Shown here piece by piece: positions 29,040 to 39,414 of a DNA stretch of 64,000 nucleotides; position 1 is the first letter of the stretch; each line of letters opens with the position of its first letter. The notes beneath the pieces were generated by a model that was not told the origin of the DNA, did not search any database, and saw only the letters and a list, made by a program, of their open reading frames with translations. The stretch is from NCBI GenBank assembly GCA_965208905.1, contig OZ242365.1:1088001-1152000 (forward strand). Reading direction: 5' to 3'. Position numbers and translations under genes: made by a program. This stretch comes from Nitrosopumilaceae archaeon (lineage in GTDB: Archaea; Thermoproteota; Nitrososphaeria; Nitrososphaerales; Nitrosopumilaceae).

Positions 29040-31496
29040 GTGAAGCCATTCCACAAGATCCTCGAAGTCAGACCTGATGTACAGGACGGCACATTAGACC
29101 AATCTGCATATGCGGCCAATCTGGGTGATGTAGTGTCTGATATAGACAAACCTGCCGCCAAAGAATACCGCAACCCTGTACTATTCAGAGAGATGACATA
29201 TGAGACTGAAGGAATGCGCAAGGCATTAGATCACATTCGTGTACGGCTACAAGACGGCAAGGGTAATGGATTAAGACAGCTAGAGACAAGTTTTGGTGGT
29301 GGAAAGACGCATGCAATGATTGCAATGTATCATAAATGCAAGGACTGGGATACTACACCTGTTGTCATAGACGGCCAGTCCCTGCGCACAACATCCACGT
29401 TATGGGGCGAGATAGAACGGCAGTTAGACGGTAATATACAAAAGATGGCCGGCCAGGTTGCACCTTCAGGAGACCAAATCTATGAGTTGCTACACAACAG
29501 GAAGAAGCCCATACTCATACTGATAGATGAGATCTTCAACTATGTGGCAGGCGCGGCTGCCATACCAATAGGCAATTCAGACTTGGCTGCACAGACCATA
29601 ATATTCATGCAGAGGTTATACGGCCAGCTAGGTAGTCTGCAAAACGTATGCTTGGTGATGTCTCTATCCAAACGTGATGATGTACTTGGTACTGATACCG
29701 GTAATCGCACTGCAAAAATACAAAATGAGTACTACTCAAAACTACAAAAGATAGCCGGTAGGCATCACCAGCTAGACACCATATCTGAGGATAACGACAT
29801 ATCACACATAATACGTCGCAGACTATTCAGTACAAGTGAAGAGACCATACAGTATGGTGCAAAGGACACTATACAGTGGTGTATAGAACAGATGGTGGAG
29901 GGTGAATCACTACTAGGTGATGACATAGAGAAGTACAAGGAGAGATTTGCCAACACATACCCATTCACGCCAGATGTAATCGACACACTACACAAAAAAT
30001 GGGCATCCTACCCGACATTTCAGAGGACTCGCGGGGTACTGCGACTACTCTCACTAGTAGTGCACTCGTTGTTGGAGTCCAAGAGGTCTTGGATTGCACC
30101 AAGCGATATTGACTTGTCCGTACCTGAGATACGCCAGGAATTGTTAAAGCATACCGGCGATAACACCGAGAGTGTGATATCTACCGACATAGTGGGAAGC
30201 GATGCATTATCCAGAAAGGCAGATGAAGAGATAGGTGTTCGTTGCGCAGCAAGCATATTCATGTATTCATTTCCGCCCAGGACTGGTCGTGGTGCGACAT
30301 ATGAGGAGGTAAAGCGCTCCACCTTCACGTATAACATAACACACTCGTTTATTGGAGATACAGTGGGTAAACTACTGCGGCGTTGTTTCTATCTTGATGA
30401 GACAGATGACAAGATGTTGTATTTCGACATAAAGCCAAACATAAACCACATGATAGACCAGGCCAAGCGGAATGTATCTGATGGAACAGTACATGATGAG
30501 GAGCGAAATAGATTGGATGGAGCTATAGATGGCGGGATGTTCGGTGACATACACATATGGCCTGATGAGACCGAGGCATACAACATACCAGACAGGCCGG
30601 TTTTACAGTTGGTAATATGCAAGAAGGATGATCCGGAGTGGTGTGCAAAGGTCGTGAACGGCACTAACAAGTCGCGCCGCATAAACATGAATGGCCTGAT
30701 ATTTCTGCTTCCCAGCAATGGGATTATGCTAAGTGATCTGTTGCGACTGTATCTAGGCGTGAAGTTTGTCAAAGGGAGTTTGTCTGCAGAGTACAAGGCT
30801 TCCACGCGCTCCTACCTGAACTCGGAGATAAAGCGCGCAAAGGACGGAATAGGTGATGAGTTGTGCAAAAAGTATTCTGTGGTGTATGTTCCGGCGGAGG
30901 GCGGTAAGGTCAGAAAGATTCGCGACTATATGTTCAATCCCGCCACTGACAGCTTAAAGTCGTTGGATAGTCTGATGTGGGAGCGCCTCACCAAGGAAGA
31001 CCATGTGGCCGCCAGAATAGCCCCGGACATCGCAGCGCGATACGGGAAGGATGCAGACGGCGCGTACGAGTCGATGATACGCACGCCGGGCAGCATAATG
31101 CCCGCATCCTTTGAGGTTGTACGGGAGGCATTCGAGTCTGATGAACCAGAAGTACCCGAGACTCCGGACACGCCTACGCATGGAGGGCGTCCATGGGGAG
31201 GTTCAACGTGGGATGAGCCAATACAGGATGAGCCAATACAGGAACCAGAAAAGACGTATGAGCGCGTACTGTATACTGATGTGGTCGACGCGGCAAGGTT
31301 GACCGGCATGCGCTGGATGCTTCGGTCGCCGCAGGAACTATCTCTTAAGGGATTTGTCTGCAACATAAGCCAGCGCCCTGATGGAATGTACGACATACGC
31401 GTGGAGATGGGAGGTGCGGTCCCGGACAGTGTGGTGTCCAACATAAGACCCACCAACCGGGGAAAATTGGAGAAGGATGACGGCTGGGACGAATAG
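29040..31496 (+). CDS. DUF499-family ATPase
   Basis: LETSFGGGKTH Walker A, ILIDE Walker B, IIRRRLF, YPF.P, FQRTRGVLRL; GTG at 29040 is the likely start. Confidence 0.9.
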   Translation: MKPFHKILEVRPDVQDGTLDQSAYAANLGDVVSDIDKPAAKEYRNPVLFREMTYETEGMRKALDHIRVRLQDGKGNGLRQLETSFGGGKTHAMIAMYHKCKDWDTTPVVIDGQSLRTTSTLWGEIERQLDGNIQKMAGQVAPSGDQIYELLHNRKKPILILIDEIFNYVAGAAAIPIGNSDLAAQTIIFMQRLYGQLGSLQNVCLVMSLSKRDDVLGTDTGNRTAKIQNEYYSKLQKIAGRHHQLDTISEDNDISHIIRRRLFSTSEETIQYGAKDTIQWCIEQMVEGESLLGDDIEKYKERFANTYPFTPDVIDTLHKKWASYPTFQRTRGVLRLLSLVVHSLLESKRSWIAPSDIDLSVPEIRQELLKHTGDNTESVISTDIVGSDALSRKADEEIGVRCAASIFMYSFPPRTGRGATYEEVKRSTFTYNITHSFIGDTVGKLLRRCFYLDETDDKMLYFDIKPNINHMIDQAKRNVSDGTVHDEERNRLDGAIDGGMFGDIHIWPDETEAYNIPDRPVLQLVICKKDDPEWCAKVVNGTNKSRRINMNGLIFLLPSNGIMLSDLLRLYLGVKFVKGSLSAEYKASTRSYLNSEIKRAKDGIGDELCKKYSVVYVPAEGGKVRKIRDYMFNPATDSLKSLDSLMWERLTKEDHVAARIAPDIAARYGKDADGAYESMIRTPGSIMPASFEVVREAFESDEPEVPETPDTPTHGGRPWGGSTWDEPIQDEPIQEPEKTYERVLYTDVVDAARLTGMRWMLRSPQELSLKGFVCNISQRPDGMYDIRVEMGGAVPDSVVSNIRPTNRGKLEKDDGWDE

Positions 31497-34071
31497 GCTC
31501 ATTGGTACGATAATACCAATAAATGATATATCAAAGGGTGGAGCCGCAGAGAAGAAGAGGGGTCGCGGTAGAATCAACAACTTACATCGGTGGTGGGCTT
31601 CGCGGCCTACTACAGTATCCCGCATCACAGCATATGCAGCACTGGTTGATCCGCCAATAGAAGAACATAAGAAAATGATACTAGACATGTGCGACTATGA
31701 TAATACAACCAAACCCGAACGGATAGCAGTACGGGATGCCGCGCGCAAGCGAATCAAAGAAAAGTGGGAAAATCCTCCAAAGGTGCTGGATCCGTTCGGC
31801 GGCACGGGGGCGCTGCCGTTCAGCGCCGCGTGGCTGGGCTGTGAATCACATTCTATGGATTACAATCCTGTTGCTGTTATATTACAAAAGTGCGCGTTGG
31901 AGTATCCGACCAGGTACGGGCATGAACTCAAGGAAGATGTCATGCGGTATGCGAAACAAGTTGGCGAGCTGTTGAAGGAGCGTACCACGCCTTATTATCC
32001 GGGCGAGTCGCACTACGGGTATATCTGGTGCCGGACAATCCGGTGTAAGTGCGGGTGTATAATCCCACTTATACACGACTACACACTCTCAAAAAGTTAT
32101 GGTATGCATTTCCGGCCCGCTGCGCGAGACGGCGAGGTTGAATTCACCATACACGACAAGGGTGAGATACCTCCCGGTCAGGTGGGAGGTAGGCGGGCCA
32201 TATGTGTAAACTGTGGACACACGTACACCAACATAGAGATACGAGACATGGTATGGGACCACGGCTCGGAGATGATGTGTGTTGCCACATCCGTACCAAA
32301 GCGAGGGAGGAGTAAGTCGTATAGGTCGGTTGATGCGGATGACCGGACACTGTATGAGTCATGCGCCGCGCAGCTGAAAGAGTGTCGTGCGCAGTTTCGC
32401 GAGAAATATGACATAGACCCAATACCTGACATCGTCATCCCCATGCCAGACGGCCTGGAGTATAGGCCGGGTGGACCGGTATGGCATGTCTTGCGCATAG
32501 CTACGTTTGGCCACACCCGTTGGTCGCAACTCTTCAACAACCGGCAGCTACTGTGCATGGTGATACTATTGGATATACTGCGCGAGATCGAGGCGGACGT
32601 AATAAAGAATCACGGCATGGAGCGCGGCATTGCCATAATGACTTACCTTGGGCTAATGATGGACAAGACTCTGGAAAGGTACTGTAGATTGTCACCTTGG
32701 CTAACAGATAGTGGCAGAGTCACACATTGCTTCTCCCAACAAAATCTACGTAACACGTGGGACTATCCGGAGGTTGCCCCCCACATATTATGGGGGCAGT
32801 CAATCACCCATATTTCGGACGGCATGAACGCGGCCCTCTCCAACAACACCGTATGCGACGTGCGACGGGCCTCGGCCACCAACCTACCATATGATGACTG
32901 TACATTCGATGCCGTATGCACGGACCCGCCGTATTATGATGCCATGCAGTACTCATACACGTCCGACTTCTATGTGTGGCTGAAGCGCTCCATTGGACAT
33001 TTACACCCTGAATTATTCCGCGGCACGCATACTCCAAAGAAAAACGAGGTGATTGAGACAGAAAGCCTGGCCATGCATATAACACCGGAATGTAAGGTGC
33101 GAGACAGTGATGGCTATCAACAGCTAATGTCACGGTCACTACACGAGATGCATCGTGTGTTGAAACCAGATGGTATACTCACATTAGTATACGCGCATAA
33201 GACCACTGAGGGTTGGGAGACCCTCATCAAATCAATATTAGAGGCGGGATTCACGATAACAGCGGCCTGGCCGGTCGATACTGAGAGTTCATCCCGCATG
33301 AAATCCCGTGGTACGGCAGCCCTTGCCTCATCAATATACATGGTGGGCCGTAAGTGGGAGCGCAAACCGGTAGCCGAGTGGCGCACAGTACAGTTAGAGT
33401 TCCGCGAGCATGTGTGCGCCATGCTGGACAGGCTCATCAAGGCAAACATAACGGGCTCGGACTTTTACATTGCGGCCATCGGGTCCGCTCTGGAGATATT
33501 CGGTAAGTATAAGGCGGTGCGAAGAAGTAATGGCGAGCAAATCACTATAGACGAAATACTTGATGAGATACGCACCCTGTGCTCGGAGTTCATAGTAAAG
33601 ATGCTCACACAGGGTGGTGGCGGAAACATAGATCCGCTAACCAAGCTCTACATAACGTGGCGGTGGGCGTACGGCAATCAAAAAATACACTTTGATGTTG
33701 CGCGAAAGTTGTTCACCGGTGTGGGACGAGACATGGACGAATATTCGGGCAAGGGTGGTATAATACGGCGCAAAGGCAGTGAAGTAAAGCTGCTGACGCA
33801 TCAGGAGCGCGATGAAGAGATACGTATCAAGAGCCGCATAGATGCCATACATCAGGCCATCCGCTACTGGCACGCCAACAAGCTTGACGACATGAAGGAG
33901 ATATTGCGCGAGACTGGCAATATAGGCGATGTGTTCAATGCCGTCTGCAAGGCGATTGCAAGGGCCGGGAATGGAGAGACAGATGAAGCGAGGGAGATCG
34001 ACCAGTTCCGTTCAGGGCGAGAAGAAGAGATAAACGAACCTGTGGGGCAGCTAAGGATGACTGATTACTGA
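31477..34071 (+). CDS. DUF1156-family DNA adenine methyltransferase
   Basis: LHRWWASRP, DPFGGTG, DYNPVA, Zn ribbon, LFNNRQL, TDPPYY, YAHK..GW. Confidence 0.9.
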   Translation: MTAGTNRLIGTIIPINDISKGGAAEKKRGRGRINNLHRWWASRPTTVSRITAYAALVDPPIEEHKKMILDMCDYDNTTKPERIAVRDAARKRIKEKWENPPKVLDPFGGTGALPFSAAWLGCESHSMDYNPVAVILQKCALEYPTRYGHELKEDVMRYAKQVGELLKERTTPYYPGESHYGYIWCRTIRCKCGCIIPLIHDYTLSKSYGMHFRPAARDGEVEFTIHDKGEIPPGQVGGRRAICVNCGHTYTNIEIRDMVWDHGSEMMCVATSVPKRGRSKSYRSVDADDRTLYESCAAQLKECRAQFREKYDIDPIPDIVIPMPDGLEYRPGGPVWHVLRIATFGHTRWSQLFNNRQLLCMVILLDILREIEADVIKNHGMERGIAIMTYLGLMMDKTLERYCRLSPWLTDSGRVTHCFSQQNLRNTWDYPEVAPHILWGQSITHISDGMNAALSNNTVCDVRRASATNLPYDDCTFDAVCTDPPYYDAMQYSYTSDFYVWLKRSIGHLHPELFRGTHTPKKNEVIETESLAMHITPECKVRDSDGYQQLMSRSLHEMHRVLKPDGILTLVYAHKTTEGWETLIKSILEAGFTITAAWPVDTESSSRMKSRGTAALASSIYMVGRKWERKPVAEWRTVQLEFREHVCAMLDRLIKANITGSDFYIAAIGSALEIFGKYKAVRRSNGEQITIDEILDEIRTLCSEFIVKMLTQGGGGNIDPLTKLYITWRWAYGNQKIHFDVARKLFTGVGRDMDEYSGKGGIIRRKGSEVKLLTHQERDEEIRIKSRIDAIHQAIRYWHANKLDDMKEILRETGNIGDVFNAVCKAIARAGNGETDEAREIDQFRSGREEEINEPVGQLRMTDY

Positions 34072-37000
34072 TGAAGTATGGCGACTTGAAGCCGGACATG
34101 CTGATAGACGGTCCGTATTGGGACAGGCCGGTTACACTGGAACAGTTCGAGAGTGCTGGACAGCACACCAAACTAACCATACGACGTTACAATGGCACTA
34201 CGAGCACTATACGTGTGAAACTTGAAGATATAGACATTCATCACACACAGTACGGCACGCCATGGCGTACAAGGGCGGCGGTTGACATGCTGCGCCACAA
34301 ACATGCAAAGGGTGGTGGGGCCGACATGGGTGGGATGGACCCCCTTCCGCACCAGATACAGTCAATACGCCGCATAACCAGCCAGTACGATAACATAAGG
34401 TTCCTGCTGGCAGATGAGCCCGGGGCCGGCAAGACCGCAGTCGCGTCCAGCATAATACGCGAGATGAAACTACAGGGACGTGCGGACCGCACACTGATAG
34501 TTACACCCGCACACCTCAAATACCAGTGGAGGGCTGAGTTGAAGCGATTCACCGGCCTGAAGGGATACATAGTTGAGGGAGGCAGTATAGACCAGTCCAA
34601 CCCGTGGCCGACAGACGAGCACGACATACTCATAACATCCATTGATTACGCCAGGGGTGAGAAGAACCTTCAGGTATTGGCGCGCATGGAGTTTGATCTG
34701 GTGGTTGTGGATGAGGCCCACCACATGAACTCGTCCGGCAAGAACGTAAGTAAACGGTACAGGGTGGGCGAGGCACTCTCAAACATATCGAAACACATGC
34801 TGTTCCTGACCGCGACACCGCACCGCGGCAAGCCTGAAAACTTCCAGCGCCTCCTGAAACTACTAAATCCGGAACTGTTCCCTGACGGCCTTTCATCCGA
34901 GGAGGTGGCTGTCCGCAAGGGGCCGATGTTCCTGCGCCACCTCAAAACGGAGATGACGGACATGGATGGCAGGCCAATATTTCCCAAACGCAGTGTAAGA
35001 TCCCTCAAATACGAGATGTCCATACCGGAGAGCGACATGTATAAAATGGTGAGCAACTATGTGCGCAAACAGCATCAGAGATTAGTAGAACAGGATGAGC
35101 GACAACTCGCACCATTCCTAATACTACTGATACAGAAACGCATGGCATCCAGCACGTACGCGCTGCAAAAGACGTTGGAGCGACGCAGGGACAAACTCAA
35201 GGACTATCTGGAGAGGGACATATTCCCAAGACCCAATCTGGAGTACGAAGAAGTGGACGATGAGTATGATGAGGATGACCCCGAGCATGAGCGGCGGGAC
35301 GACGAGTTGAGCGGCATAAGCGCGTCGCGCACGCCAGAAGAGCTGAAGGTAGAGATTGCCGAACTGGACAGCTTGGTTGAGGCAGCAGACCAGGCGGCCA
35401 GCACAAAGCCGGACAGGAAGCTTGAAAAGCTGCTCGACATAGTAAAGAGTCTCGGTGACGGCAAACTGCTGGTATTCAGTGAGTACATGGACACCATACA
35501 GTATCTGGAGAAGCATATTGGTGAGCGGGTATGCCGTATAGACGGCAAGATGAAGCAACAGCAACGAGATGCTGCTGTGCAGGAGTTCCGTGATACATAC
35601 CGCATAATGCTGGCAACAGATGCCGCGCGAGAGGGAATGAACATGCAGTTCTGTAATACAATGGTGAACTATGATTTGCCCTGGAGTCCAATTGTACTGG
35701 AGCAGCGCATGGGTCGTCTGCACAGATACGGCCAGGAGAAGGATGTTACAATACACAACATGATAGCAGACAACACAATAGAGGGGGACGTATTGGAGAG
35801 GCTGGATGCCAAAATCAAAGAGATAGAGAAGCAATACGAGGCAGTAGACGTCATAGGAACAATACTGTCGGAGGTCAACATAAAGGACATAATGGTGGAA
35901 TCGATTACGGGGCGCGTCTCCGATGGCGTCAGTAAGCGGATGCGGTATGTCGGGGAGAAGATGCGGCGGGAGCAGGAGATGTTGGAGCGCACACCGGTGG
36001 ATCTGGAAGCGGCTCTCAGGGCAAAGGGTGAGATTGCTGCAAAACATGTTGATGGTAAACATCTTGTATACATGATGCAGAACATATTCAGTGGATTGGG
36101 CGGGAGCGTCAAGTCAACCAACACAAAGACCACGATACAGGTACCATCAGAGTTGCGCAGTGGGCCGTTTAGGCGCAAGCGGGAGTCGTTTGACATACCC
36201 GTGCAGGAGGCTCTGTCAAGGGGCACCAAACTGTACAAGCACATAGAATCCTGGGTCATGGACAACTGCAGGGCCGACCTGCAGGGAGGGTCGGTGTTTG
36301 CAGGCAACTATGAAGGCCACATAGTGTTCCATATAACCAAATTGAAGGACAGTTCGGGTAAGACTGCTGAAGTTTTGGTGCAGGCCCACCGCGTCGGCGC
36401 GGACGGTGTTGTGCAGTCCGTGCATCCGGATATATTGAGCGAGTTGGACGATATGGGTGGAGACCCCGGAGCCAGGCCGGAGGTTGGCAGTGCAACGGAC
36501 AGGGCGTTTGAGGATGCCCAGGCTAGGTCAAGGCAGCTGAACGAGGAAGCGAGAGAGTACTGGAGGCATCGGAGTGAGACGATGAACATAGGCGGGGGTT
36601 TGGAGTCGCTACGGATGGAGTTGGGCGATCTCATGCCCGGGACGCCAGAGTGGAAGGCGATAGATGAAAAGATAAAGAACTTGGAGTCGTGGGAGGGTAA
36701 CATGCAGAGGAGCGCCAGCACAGACAAGCTGCACGTGGAGGAGCCTGTATTGGTGGGCTGGGTCAGGGTAGTGCGGCGCAAGGATACACAGGATACAGAG
36801 ATACGCGGCATGAACCGCAGTATGGAGATAGAACGCAAAGAGGGTTTCATACCCGAGGATGTCTCGAATAAACGCGGCCTTGGATACGATATACTATCAA
36901 AACATCCAGATGGCCGGGAGCGTCATATAGAGGTGAAGGCGCGGTGTTCATTCACACCAGTACAACTCACCCCCAATGAGGAGAATGCACGTCTTAAAGA

Positions 37001-37154
37001 CCCGAACTACAAACTACACGTGCACGTAATTGATGGTGATACACATTATACAACCATCTTAGACGATCCATCTAAACTGATTACAAAGAAAAATACTACA
37101 CATGATGCTCCGATTTCTGAACTTAACCGTCTTGGTGAGGTGTATGAATACTAA
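34071..37154 (+). CDS. SNF2-family helicase with C-terminal DUF3883 (NOV-C) nuclease
   Basis: PHQ, LLADEPGAGKT, DEAH, LTATPH, EG.N.Q, EQRMGRLHRYGQ; GYDI.S..R.IEVKAR..LTPNE. Confidence 0.92.
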   Translation: MKYGDLKPDMLIDGPYWDRPVTLEQFESAGQHTKLTIRRYNGTTSTIRVKLEDIDIHHTQYGTPWRTRAAVDMLRHKHAKGGGADMGGMDPLPHQIQSIRRITSQYDNIRFLLADEPGAGKTAVASSIIREMKLQGRADRTLIVTPAHLKYQWRAELKRFTGLKGYIVEGGSIDQSNPWPTDEHDILITSIDYARGEKNLQVLARMEFDLVVVDEAHHMNSSGKNVSKRYRVGEALSNISKHMLFLTATPHRGKPENFQRLLKLLNPELFPDGLSSEEVAVRKGPMFLRHLKTEMTDMDGRPIFPKRSVRSLKYEMSIPESDMYKMVSNYVRKQHQRLVEQDERQLAPFLILLIQKRMASSTYALQKTLERRRDKLKDYLERDIFPRPNLEYEEVDDEYDEDDPEHERRDDELSGISASRTPEELKVEIAELDSLVEAADQAASTKPDRKLEKLLDIVKSLGDGKLLVFSEYMDTIQYLEKHIGERVCRIDGKMKQQQRDAAVQEFRDTYRIMLATDAAREGMNMQFCNTMVNYDLPWSPIVLEQRMGRLHRYGQEKDVTIHNMIADNTIEGDVLERLDAKIKEIEKQYEAVDVIGTILSEVNIKDIMVESITGRVSDGVSKRMRYVGEKMRREQEMLERTPVDLEAALRAKGEIAAKHVDGKHLVYMMQNIFSGLGGSVKSTNTKTTIQVPSELRSGPFRRKRESFDIPVQEALSRGTKLYKHIESWVMDNCRADLQGGSVFAGNYEGHIVFHITKLKDSSGKTAEVLVQAHRVGADGVVQSVHPDILSELDDMGGDPGARPEVGSATDRAFEDAQARSRQLNEEAREYWRHRSETMNIGGGLESLRMELGDLMPGTPEWKAIDEKIKNLESWEGNMQRSASTDKLHVEEPVLVGWVRVVRRKDTQDTEIRGMNRSMEIERKEGFIPEDVSNKRGLGYDILSKHPDGRERHIEVKARCSFTPVQLTPNEENARLKDPNYKLHVHVIDGDTHYTTILDDPSKLITKKNTTHDAPISELNRLGEVYEY

Positions 37155-37201
37155 AAACAACCATACCAATGCTTTTATGGTTTTAGGATGATATTGTTGC
37201 A

Positions 37202-38131
37202 ATGAAACTACCCCGACTCGGCGATTTCCAACCTGGCATAGACTACCTTAAAGGTGGCTTTACTTGTGATTTTTTTGTATTTGATAGAATGTTTGACTCA
37301 ATATATCAGGAAATATGTCTGCTTCACATATACCATCCGCTAACCGATGCTGCCTCACAGATGGAAGAAATATTCAATGAATTGAAAGGTATCGGCTTTA
37401 ACGAGTTGGTGAGAAACAAAGGGAAGTTAACTGTGCCAAACAAAAACATCGACATTGTTCTGATTGGCTACCATCACGGCAATGACATGGAGTATGTCAA
37501 TGAGTTGCTGTCAACATTTGAAAGGAATTACGGAGTACTCAGACCTGACATATTGATATACTCTCTCGACGAGAAGAAGGCACAGATTACAGAGTTTAAC
37601 CGACTTGAGGTTATGTATTGCCCGCATTATGAGTTTACCAAGCATGCGTTATTCATGATTCTATCACATTTATGGAACCGTCGGAACTTCATATATGAGC
37701 ACGGATTTTATGTGCTGCTTGATCGACTGTTAAATGAAAGTCTGGTGCGGGCCTTGGGCATTAACAAAAAAGAAGATACAATCACACTGGGCCATAAAGT
37801 ATGGACATTAAGAGGTGTATTGAAGGGGCATTTGCCGAATAGTGATGCTGAATTTGTACTAAAGTTTTTGAACTTTTTGGCCGAGGCTAGAAATTACGGC
37901 ATACATGGTAATGAGGAAGCGTGGAAGAAAAGAAAAGAGTCATGGGATGAAGTCAAACCGGAGTTAGAACAACGTCGCTGGATAATTCCAAGTAATAGTA
38001 AGTTAGCAAGTATGGATGAGAAAACAACAAAAGAACAGAATGGACACAGTCTACTAAAGATTCTTACTGTCTCAACGTATATCATTAAGGACTGGTTGAA
38101 CGAGTACGCGAAACCTAGCGGTCAGACATGA
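37202..38131 (+). CDS. putative HEPN-domain protein
   Basis: Helical C-terminus with TLG...ARNYGIHG (R-x4-H). Confidence 0.6.
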   Translation: MKLPRLGDFQPGIDYLKGGFTCDFFVFDRMFDSIYQEICLLHIYHPLTDAASQMEEIFNELKGIGFNELVRNKGKLTVPNKNIDIVLIGYHHGNDMEYVNELLSTFERNYGVLRPDILIYSLDEKKAQITEFNRLEVMYCPHYEFTKHALFMILSHLWNRRNFIYEHGFYVLLDRLLNESLVRALGINKKEDTITLGHKVWTLRGVLKGHLPNSDAEFVLKFLNFLAEARNYGIHGNEEAWKKRKESWDEVKPELEQRRWIIPSNSKLASMDEKTTKEQNGHSLLKILTVSTYIIKDWLNEYAKPSGQT

Positions 38132-38663
38132 TCACTGCCGAGTCTAACCTATCGCCAATCTGTACCAAACATTAGAGGACTGGAAACGTGGCAGTAGTGC
38201 ATAAAAAGTGCAGTACTGGCCACAATCGTATGATGTTTTGTCAAAATTAGGCGCATAGTCCTGTCAACCTGTACTGTGTATATGCCTAGGCGATTTTTAA
38301 TTGTGCAGAAACTTTCACATACCGCTATATCTGATTCAGGATGACATGGTCTCCTGTTCGGGATCACCATAGGTCGGATCTGAACGAGCTTTCTCGGTAG
38401 GGTTGCCCATCTCCCCCGACGATCTCCAGTATGGTGTTCAGTATCAGGCCCGGCAGGTACTGCTTGACTATATCGAATGGTCGCTGATCACGTTTTGTCT
38501 TTGTCATTTGGGATGATTATGATAATCTGATCAATATACTTTACGATCTTGGGATGATGTATGTCCGTAGGGCACAGCCCCAATCCCCACAATCCTAATA
38601 TAGACATGGACTTCACCACGACATAATGATGAGGCGGGACATACTTTTTCGTTTTAGAGGCAC

Positions 38664-39413
38664 ATGAGTACGGCTAGGACTGTGTACGAGAGCCATGGTA
38701 CAAACACAAGATACCTTGGGTATGTGCTGAACGGAGATTTTGAAAGATACGTGAGAGATCGGGTGGGTCCCAGATACCGTGACGATGAGGGGGATCAATT
38801 ACTGTCTGATGTAGACGACACGAAACAGGCTGGTTTTGACTCGGAAGTGCTCAAGACCAAAATACACTACATACCATCAAGGATTGCCGAAGTTCTAGCG
38901 GAGTGCTTTTTGATGGACCGACACGACGTGTTGATTCCATACAATCGCATACGCGATGCCATAAGCCCCACGGCGAGTCCGGCGGGTCCGGACATAATAG
39001 GCATTGTTGGCACTCTGTTCATCTTTGGTGAGACAAAGTCATCCTCGGAACAAGGACATCCCCCCAGTGTGGTCAACGGCAGTTCCGGCATGATTGGGCA
39101 GCTGAACAGCATCAAGCGCGACAAGGAAAAACGTAGCCGCATGATAAAATGGTTGGGACACAAAACCAGGCAGTTTGAAGCCAATGCAGACCATACCTCT
39201 TGGTGTCGGGCTAAGCAACAATACTATGAATCGGAAGGACGGAGTTTTAAGATATGTGGGATATTGATTCGCGATACAGATCCAGACGAGCGCGACGTTG
39301 CAAAAGTACACGACAGTGTGTCGGTTGACATATATTCCTCAACACCATTGGATATCATGGCTCTCTACATCCCAGTACCAATCCCCAATCTGCCTGATGT
39401 GGTGATGAGCTAG
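38664..39413 (+). CDS. Hachiman HamA-like PD-(D/E)XK nuclease
   Basis: AEVLAE..GPDIIG..FGETKS pattern; directly upstream of a Ski2-like helicase. Confidence 0.62.
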   Translation: MSTARTVYESHGTNTRYLGYVLNGDFERYVRDRVGPRYRDDEGDQLLSDVDDTKQAGFDSEVLKTKIHYIPSRIAEVLAECFLMDRHDVLIPYNRIRDAISPTASPAGPDIIGIVGTLFIFGETKSSSEQGHPPSVVNGSSGMIGQLNSIKRDKEKRSRMIKWLGHKTRQFEANADHTSWCRAKQQYYESEGRSFKICGILIRDTDPDERDVAKVHDSVSVDIYSSTPLDIMALYIPVPIPNLPDVVMS

Positions 39414-39414
39414 C

